A DNA stretch of 64,000 nucleotides from an uncultured Gemmatimonadales bacterium (lineage in GTDB: Bacteria; Gemmatimonadota; Gemmatimonadetes; Gemmatimonadales; Gemmatimonadaceae), in assembly GCA_963701965.1 (NCBI GenBank), contig OY969695.1, forward strand, positions 800,001 through 864,000, in the 5' to 3' direction. Under the pieces are notes generated by a model, which saw nothing but the letters and a program-made list of their open reading frames with translations, was not told where the DNA came from and made no database searches. This document shows, piece by piece, positions 59,014 through 64,000 of the stretch. The position numbers were made by a program, and so were the translations under genes. Every line of letters begins with the position of its first letter. The stretch's first letter is position 1.

Positions 59014-60411
59014 GGTCAAGTGCAGAATGATGTGTAAATCGCTTCTGGGTTCTCGGGATGATTACGCGGCTGGCATGCTCGTCTCCGCAGCGGGTGGGGT
59101 GGCGACGACACCGACGTAGCGGCGCGTCAGCCACTGCTCGTTGCGCTCCGCCGCCAGCGCACTGGCGAGGCGCAGGAAGCTCGCCTCATTCGGGAAGACG
59201 CGGATCACCCGCGTCCGGCGCCGCACCTCCGCGTGATCGTGCTCGATCGCGTTGGTCGTCGCGAGTCGGCGCCGGGCCTCCCGATCCGGGAGCGTACAGA
59301 CCGCCAGCGTGTCGGGGCCGTCCGTCTCCAGCCAGTCGGCGAGCCGCGCGTGCGCCGGCCGCAGTTCGGTGACGAGCCGCGCCAGGCGGGCGTGCGCTTC
59401 CGCCCCCGTCGCCGCGGTCCACGCGTTCCGCAGGCCATCGCGCACCCGCTCTTGGAGATCAGCGGAGGAGATGCGATCGCGCGCGTTACGCAGGAAGTGC
59501 ACCTGACACCGCTGATGCACGGCCTCGGGGAAGAAGCGCCGGAGCGCCTCGACCAGACCGGCGTGTTCGTCGGAGACGATGTAGCGAACACCGCGGAGGC
59601 CACGCTGGACGAGGTCCTCGCACACGCGCCGCCACGCCGTCCCACTCTCGCTGGCGCCGAGCCAGAGCCCGAGGTGTTCACGATAGCCGTCGGCGCCGAC
59701 GCCGATCACCCACAGCGCGGCCGTGCTCCGCACCTGGCCCTCGCGCCGCACGCGCTCGACGTGCGCGTCCACAATCAGGTACGGGTACGCCTTCGCGCCG
59801 AGCGGCCGCTGGCGCCAGGCCGCCAGCCCGGCCTCCAGCGTCTTCGTGAGCGCCGACACCTCCGACGCCGAGATCGTCGCCCCGCACAGCTGCTCCACCA
59901 CGGCGCTGACCTTCCGGGTCGAGATCCCTTGCAGGTACATCTCGATCAGGGCGAGGACGAGGGCCTGTTCACTGCGTTGGTAGCGCGCGAACAGCGACGG
60001 CTGGAACTGGCCGGCGCGGTCCCGGGGGACGCGGAGCGTGAGGGCGCCAACGCGCGTCAGCAGCGTGCGGCGCCGGTAGCCGTTGCGGACGCCGCGGCGC
60101 TCGGCGGTCCGCGCGAACTTGGCGGCCCCGAGGAACTGGGCGAACTCCCGCTCGAGGGTGTCGTGGATCAACTGGCCGAGCATGGCGCGGAGGGCGTCTT
60201 CCGGGGTGGATTGTGCGAGGGGCAGGACGGTAGCATTCTTGAACGGACTGGTCATCGGCTATCCTCTGGGCATCGCGGCGTTCGCGCGCCGCTGGTTGCG
60301 CTTGACACCCAGAAAGGATGGACGGTGGCCAGTTCGCGTTCGAGTGGCTCCCAATGAGCTCAGCTCAGCCGACCCTCCGTCCCGATTCTACACAAATCTC
60401 TGCACACTCCC
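59014..60411 (-). mobile_element. IS256-family insertion sequence
   Basis: Imperfect inverted ends GGTCAAGTGCAGAATGATGTGTA / GGGAGTGTGCAGAGATTTGTGTA flank an intact transposase. Confidence 0.85.
59062..60255 (-). CDS. IS256-family transposase
   Basis: RNGYRRR, VPRDR, EMYLQGISTRKV, YLIVDA, VSDEHAGL, QRCQVHFLRN, TTNAIE, RRTRVIRVFPN. Confidence 0.97.
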   Translation of the reverse strand: MTSPFKNATVLPLAQSTPEDALRAMLGQLIHDTLEREFAQFLGAAKFARTAERRGVRNGYRRRTLLTRVGALTLRVPRDRAGQFQPSLFARYQRSEQALVLALIEMYLQGISTRKVSAVVEQLCGATISASEVSALTKTLEAGLAAWRQRPLGAKAYPYLIVDAHVERVRREGQVRSTAALWVIGVGADGYREHLGLWLGASESGTAWRRVCEDLVQRGLRGVRYIVSDEHAGLVEALRRFFPEAVHQRCQVHFLRNARDRISSADLQERVRDGLRNAWTAATGAEAHARLARLVTELRPAHARLADWLETDGPDTLAVCTLPDREARRRLATTNAIEHDHAEVRRRTRVIRVFPNEASFLRLASALAAERNEQWLTRRYVGVVATPPAAETSMPAA

Positions 60412-60538
60412 TAAAACAAGGGCTTAGCATCTCCGCTTAAGGGTACGTCCAAGTAAGCCCTAGGCCGAAGCGCCAGACGACAGCGACTCGCAGATCAAGG
60501 TTGCCACACTCAGTGCGTACCCTCCATCATTGGCTGTA

Positions 60539-61474
60539 ATGGTAGAAATCTCAACTGCTCTCGCAACGCTCGCCGGCGCTGCCGCTCTAAACTCAAAGGC
60601 GGGCGTCAAACTGATCGAATGCTTGGAGAAGACGGCAAGCTGGTTGTTCGCACCCATTCAGGTGAAGCGAATCAAAAGGGCGGAGACGGTGGCAGGCATC
60701 GAGGCAAGCCGCATGCTTCTCGCCGCGGACTTGGAGGGCGAGCGTCATGACCGTGTCTCGCCAGAGCTTGTGCAGCGCACAATGCTTCGGCTGGTTAGTG
60801 TTGAGGCGCGACGACAGGAGAACATAGAGGCGGTGCTACAAGCGACACTCGCGGGGTTGCCACCCGACGCCGAGGTCAATGATCAACCGCTGGATCCGGA
60901 TTGGATCGCTCAGTTCTTCGCCAGCATTCAGGATGTGTCGCAAGACCAGATGCGTCAGCTATTCGCGCACGTGCTAGCGCGCGAGGTTGGCACGCCGGGC
61001 AGTTTCTCGCGTCGCACTCTCGATGTTCTCAAGAACCTCGACGCTTCCGAAGCCCACAACTTTTCTCACGCATGTTCGATCGCCGTTCATACTGAGAATT
61101 TCGGATTCATAGGTATCCCTCTTGGACAAAATGGTAGACCTGCGCTGGTTGGTCTGAACTTCGCCCAACTTCAGGCCGCTGGCCTGCTCCATGTGGAATC
61201 CGAACGCAACTACCTGTTTTCCGCGGGGAGCGTCTTGCTGTTGGCCAGCGGCGCCCCGCTAACACTGCTACGCGATTCACCGCTACCGAACGAAGGCCCT
61301 GGCTTGTCCTTTATTGGGTTCACCACCGCCGGACATCAAATCGCGCAGGTGATCACCTCGGAAAAAGTGCCTCCCGCAGTGCTCCTCTTCGGAGTAGTCC
61401 GGATTCTGCGCGAATCCCTTCAATTGGACGAGTCGGATTTCCTTGGACGACCGCCGGACGACGAGGTGTCTTGA
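60539..61474 (+). CDS. DUF2806-like domain protein
   Basis: RRQENIEAV...LDPDWIAQFF..IQDVSQDQMRQLFAHVLAREVGTPGSFSRRTLDVLKNL. Confidence 0.8.
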   Translation: MVEISTALATLAGAAALNSKAGVKLIECLEKTASWLFAPIQVKRIKRAETVAGIEASRMLLAADLEGERHDRVSPELVQRTMLRLVSVEARRQENIEAVLQATLAGLPPDAEVNDQPLDPDWIAQFFASIQDVSQDQMRQLFAHVLAREVGTPGSFSRRTLDVLKNLDASEAHNFSHACSIAVHTENFGFIGIPLGQNGRPALVGLNFAQLQAAGLLHVESERNYLFSAGSVLLLASGAPLTLLRDSPLPNEGPGLSFIGFTTAGHQIAQVITSEKVPPAVLLFGVVRILRESLQLDESDFLGRPPDDEVS

Positions 61475-61869
61475 TCCACGGTAGTCCTCGATAGTTCAGG
61501 TATCGCATGGTGCTCCACCATCGCTCCACCATCATAGATGTGGACGCGATGGGAGTGGGGACGCACGGGAAGGGGAGGGGGAGAGACTACTTGCCTTTGT
61601 TTGTCCGGGAAATTGAGCAACCCCCACGACCAGTCGCCTTCGTCAAGAGCGCTTCGGTACAACGTTCGTGTGAGTCGGCATTGATATGCCGGTGGCGATC
61701 GGAGCCGAGACCCAGCCAGGCGGGATACGGCATGCCGACCGCGCGCTCTAGTTGCGAGAGCACGCGGTCAAGCCGTGTCACTGAGCGGCCTCCGAACCGT
61801 TCTTGCGCCGCGGACAAGGTAAAATGGGTGGTAGCCCCCGGCGGATCACGAACGCGCGCGTATCTGTCG

Positions 61870-62289
61870 AGTACCACGACGCCAATGACGCCGCCGTTGG
61901 TCTCAGCCACGCGCGAGCACGCGCTGCGCTATCGGGGCACTCTTTACGGCGGCCAGCCATCACCTTGGGTGTTCCACCACTAGCGCACGGTCGCGCGCTG
62001 TAAGGCTGGCGCGCGCATCGAGTCACTGTACGACGGATTCAAGCGGGTAGCCCTGCGGGCGAGCCTACCGACGATGCTCTACCCTCATGATCTCCGACAC
62101 ACGCGGGTGACAACCTGGCTTGCTGCCGGCCACAATCCGGTGCATGTAAAAGAGGCCGTCGGGCACAGTGATATTCGGACAACAATGGGCTATACTCACC
62201 TAGCAAAAGAGCACCTTCGTGTACTCGCGGGACCAGCGAACCAGCCCGCTTCATTGCAGCTTGTGTCCAGGGACGTATCGGGCGGTTAG
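61870..62289 (+). pseudogene. C-terminal remnant of a tyrosine integrase, in-frame TAG at 61981
   Basis: PMTPPL...SPWVFHH*...HDLRHTRVTTWLAAG...AVGHSDIRTTMGYTHL; N-terminal half absent. Confidence 0.85.
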
Positions 62290-62325
62290 TTTGTAGGGCA
62301 GCATCTGAAAGACTGGCAACACCTT

Positions 62326-62416
62326 GGAGTGGTGGCCGAGAGGCTGAAGGCGGCGGTTTGCTAAACCGTTATAGGGTTGAAAAGCCCTATCGAGGGTTCG
62401 AATCCCTCCCACTCCG
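62326..62416 (+). tRNA. tRNA-Ser (GCT)
   Basis: GGAGTGG acceptor, GCGGT-TTGCTAA-ACCGT anticodon arm, long variable arm, GGTTCGAATCC. Confidence 0.96.
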
Positions 62417-62465
62417 TGAGCGACGAGGCGACCCGTAGGGTCGCTCGTCACGGAGTGGGAGGGAT
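62402..62465. repeat. Inverted repeat duplicating the tRNA-Ser 3' end in antisense
   Basis: ATCCCTCCCACTCCGTGA (62402-62419) pairs perfectly with TCACGGAGTGGGAGGGAT (62448-62465); inner GCGACCC/GGGTCGC stem. Confidence 0.9.
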
Positions 62466-62524
62466 CCTCTATTTCATGCGCCCGAACGCGTTGCGTTCGG
62501 GCGTTAAATTTCCTTACCTACCTC

Positions 62525-63994
62525 ATGTCAGAAATTCCCCAGAACAACCCCCAGCCGCGGCTGAGGTTTGCGCCATCGCCTACCGGCTACCTGCACGTCG
62601 GTGGAGCGCGCACGGCGCTCTTCAATTGGCTCTACGCCAAGCATTATGGCGGGGTCATGCTGCTCCGTATCGAGGATACGGATAAGGCGAGAAGTACCGA
62701 CGACAGTACGCGCGCCATCTTCGACGGGCTGACGTGGCTCGGCATCACGTGGGATGAGGAGCCGGTGTTCCAAGGCGCGAATCTCGAGCGCCACCGGCGC
62801 GACGCCGAGCGGCTGCTGGAGATCGGAGCGGCCTATCGGTGCTTCTGCACCGCCGAGGAGCTGGAGCAGCGGCGGAAGGAGGCCGACCGGAAAGTGCCCT
62901 TCAAGTACGATCGCCGCTGCGACCGGTTGTCGAGCGAAGAGGTCGCGCGGCGCGTGGCGGCCGGGGAGCCCAGTGCGCTCCGGTTCCGCATGCCCGACGG
63001 TACCACCGAATGGATCGATCTCGTCCACGAGCGCATTGCGTTCCCCAACAAGGATCTCGATGACTTCGTGATCCTGCGGTCCGACCGCACCCCCGTGTAC
63101 AACATGGCCGTCGTCTCCGACGACGTCGCAATGGGCATCACCCTCGTGATGCGCGGCGACGACCACATCTCGAACACCCCCAAGCAAATCCTCCTGTACC
63201 ACGCCCTCGGCGCCCCGCTCCCGACATTCGCGCACCTGCCGATGATCCACGGCACCGACGGCAAAAAACTGAGCAAACGGCACGGCGCCACCGCCGTCGG
63301 CGACTACCAGCACGAGGGCATTCTCCCCAGCACGATGGTGAACTTCCTGGCCCTCCTCGGATGGTCTCCAGGCGGAGACCGCGAAGTCATGACCCTCGAG
63401 GAGATGACCAACCTGTTCACCCCGGACGGCCTGCAGAAAAAAGCCGCCGTGTTCGACCCCAAGAAACTCGAGTGGATGAACGGCCAACACTTGTCGCGCG
63501 TGCCGCTATCCGACCTCGAACCCCGCGTGACACCCGCGATCATCGCCGCTGGCTACGCGACATTGGACGAACTACGTACGCGACGCGAGTGGTATTTACA
63601 ATTGCTCGATTTGCTCCGGGTACGAGCACGCACCATCGGCGACATCGTGCGTCAAGCCGCGCCGTTCTTCCGCGACGAGATCGAGTACGACAAAGAAGCG
63701 ATCGAGAAACACTGGAGTGACCGACAGGAAACGTTCGCCGTTCTGACGCAAGTCCGCGACACATTGACCGGTCTTACACCCTGGTCCACAGACTCCCTCG
63801 AGACCGCTTTACGGGCCCTTGCGCGGTCGATGGACATCAAGGATGGCAAGATATTTCAACCACTTCGCGTCGCTTTGACGGGGCTAACAGTCAGTCCAGG
63901 CATATTCGACGTCCTGGTGATGCTCGGCCGCGACACCACGGTGTCGCGTATTTGTACGGCAATCGAGTACATAACAAACGGCGGTCCTTATTGA
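62525..63994 (+). CDS. gltX: Glutamate--tRNA ligase
   Basis: RFAPSPTGYLHVGG, LRIEDTD, RGDDHISNT, KLSKRHG, LRVALTG. Confidence 0.97.
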   Translation: MSEIPQNNPQPRLRFAPSPTGYLHVGGARTALFNWLYAKHYGGVMLLRIEDTDKARSTDDSTRAIFDGLTWLGITWDEEPVFQGANLERHRRDAERLLEIGAAYRCFCTAEELEQRRKEADRKVPFKYDRRCDRLSSEEVARRVAAGEPSALRFRMPDGTTEWIDLVHERIAFPNKDLDDFVILRSDRTPVYNMAVVSDDVAMGITLVMRGDDHISNTPKQILLYHALGAPLPTFAHLPMIHGTDGKKLSKRHGATAVGDYQHEGILPSTMVNFLALLGWSPGGDREVMTLEEMTNLFTPDGLQKKAAVFDPKKLEWMNGQHLSRVPLSDLEPRVTPAIIAAGYATLDELRTRREWYLQLLDLLRVRARTIGDIVRQAAPFFRDEIEYDKEAIEKHWSDRQETFAVLTQVRDTLTGLTPWSTDSLETALRALARSMDIKDGKIFQPLRVALTGLTVSPGIFDVLVMLGRDTTVSRICTAIEYITNGGPY

Positions 63995-64000
63995 CCGCTT

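Overview
This is GC-rich bacterial chromosomal DNA. The gene content and order (eno-plsC-thiL-nnr-glyA-acyl-CoA genes-thrS; BON-valS-Ig-like lipoprotein-selA-gmhB/purN-M42-purH-DUF2723) suggest a Gemmatimonadota-like organism, which is an inference only. A housekeeping backbone (about 13.3-41.8 kb, 47.3-54.7 kb and gltX at the right end) carries three tRNAs (fMet, Ser-UGA, Ser-GCU) and is interrupted by three accessory blocks. (1) 1-13.3 kb is an integrative island at tRNA-fMet. It holds a tyrosine integrase, a DUF1778/GNAT toxin-antitoxin pair, an IS21 remnant, a large J-domain protein and an AddAB-like helicase-nuclease pair that the ORF track largely misses. (2) About 41.9-47.2 kb is a decayed element with an integrase remnant and CAGGGACAG repeats at both ends. 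(3) About 54.8-62.3 kb is a decayed element next to tRNA-Ser(GCU). It carries orphan, defence-like genes (multi-TM pore-like protein, PIN-like nuclease, Zn-ribbon protein, DUF2806-like protein) and an IS256. An AbiE-like pair sits upstream of tRNA-Ser(UGA). Single-base indels occur even in core genes (eno, ftsB, hbd), so frameshifts here are probably assembly errors and pseudogene calls are provisional. No CRISPR array or rRNA was seen.
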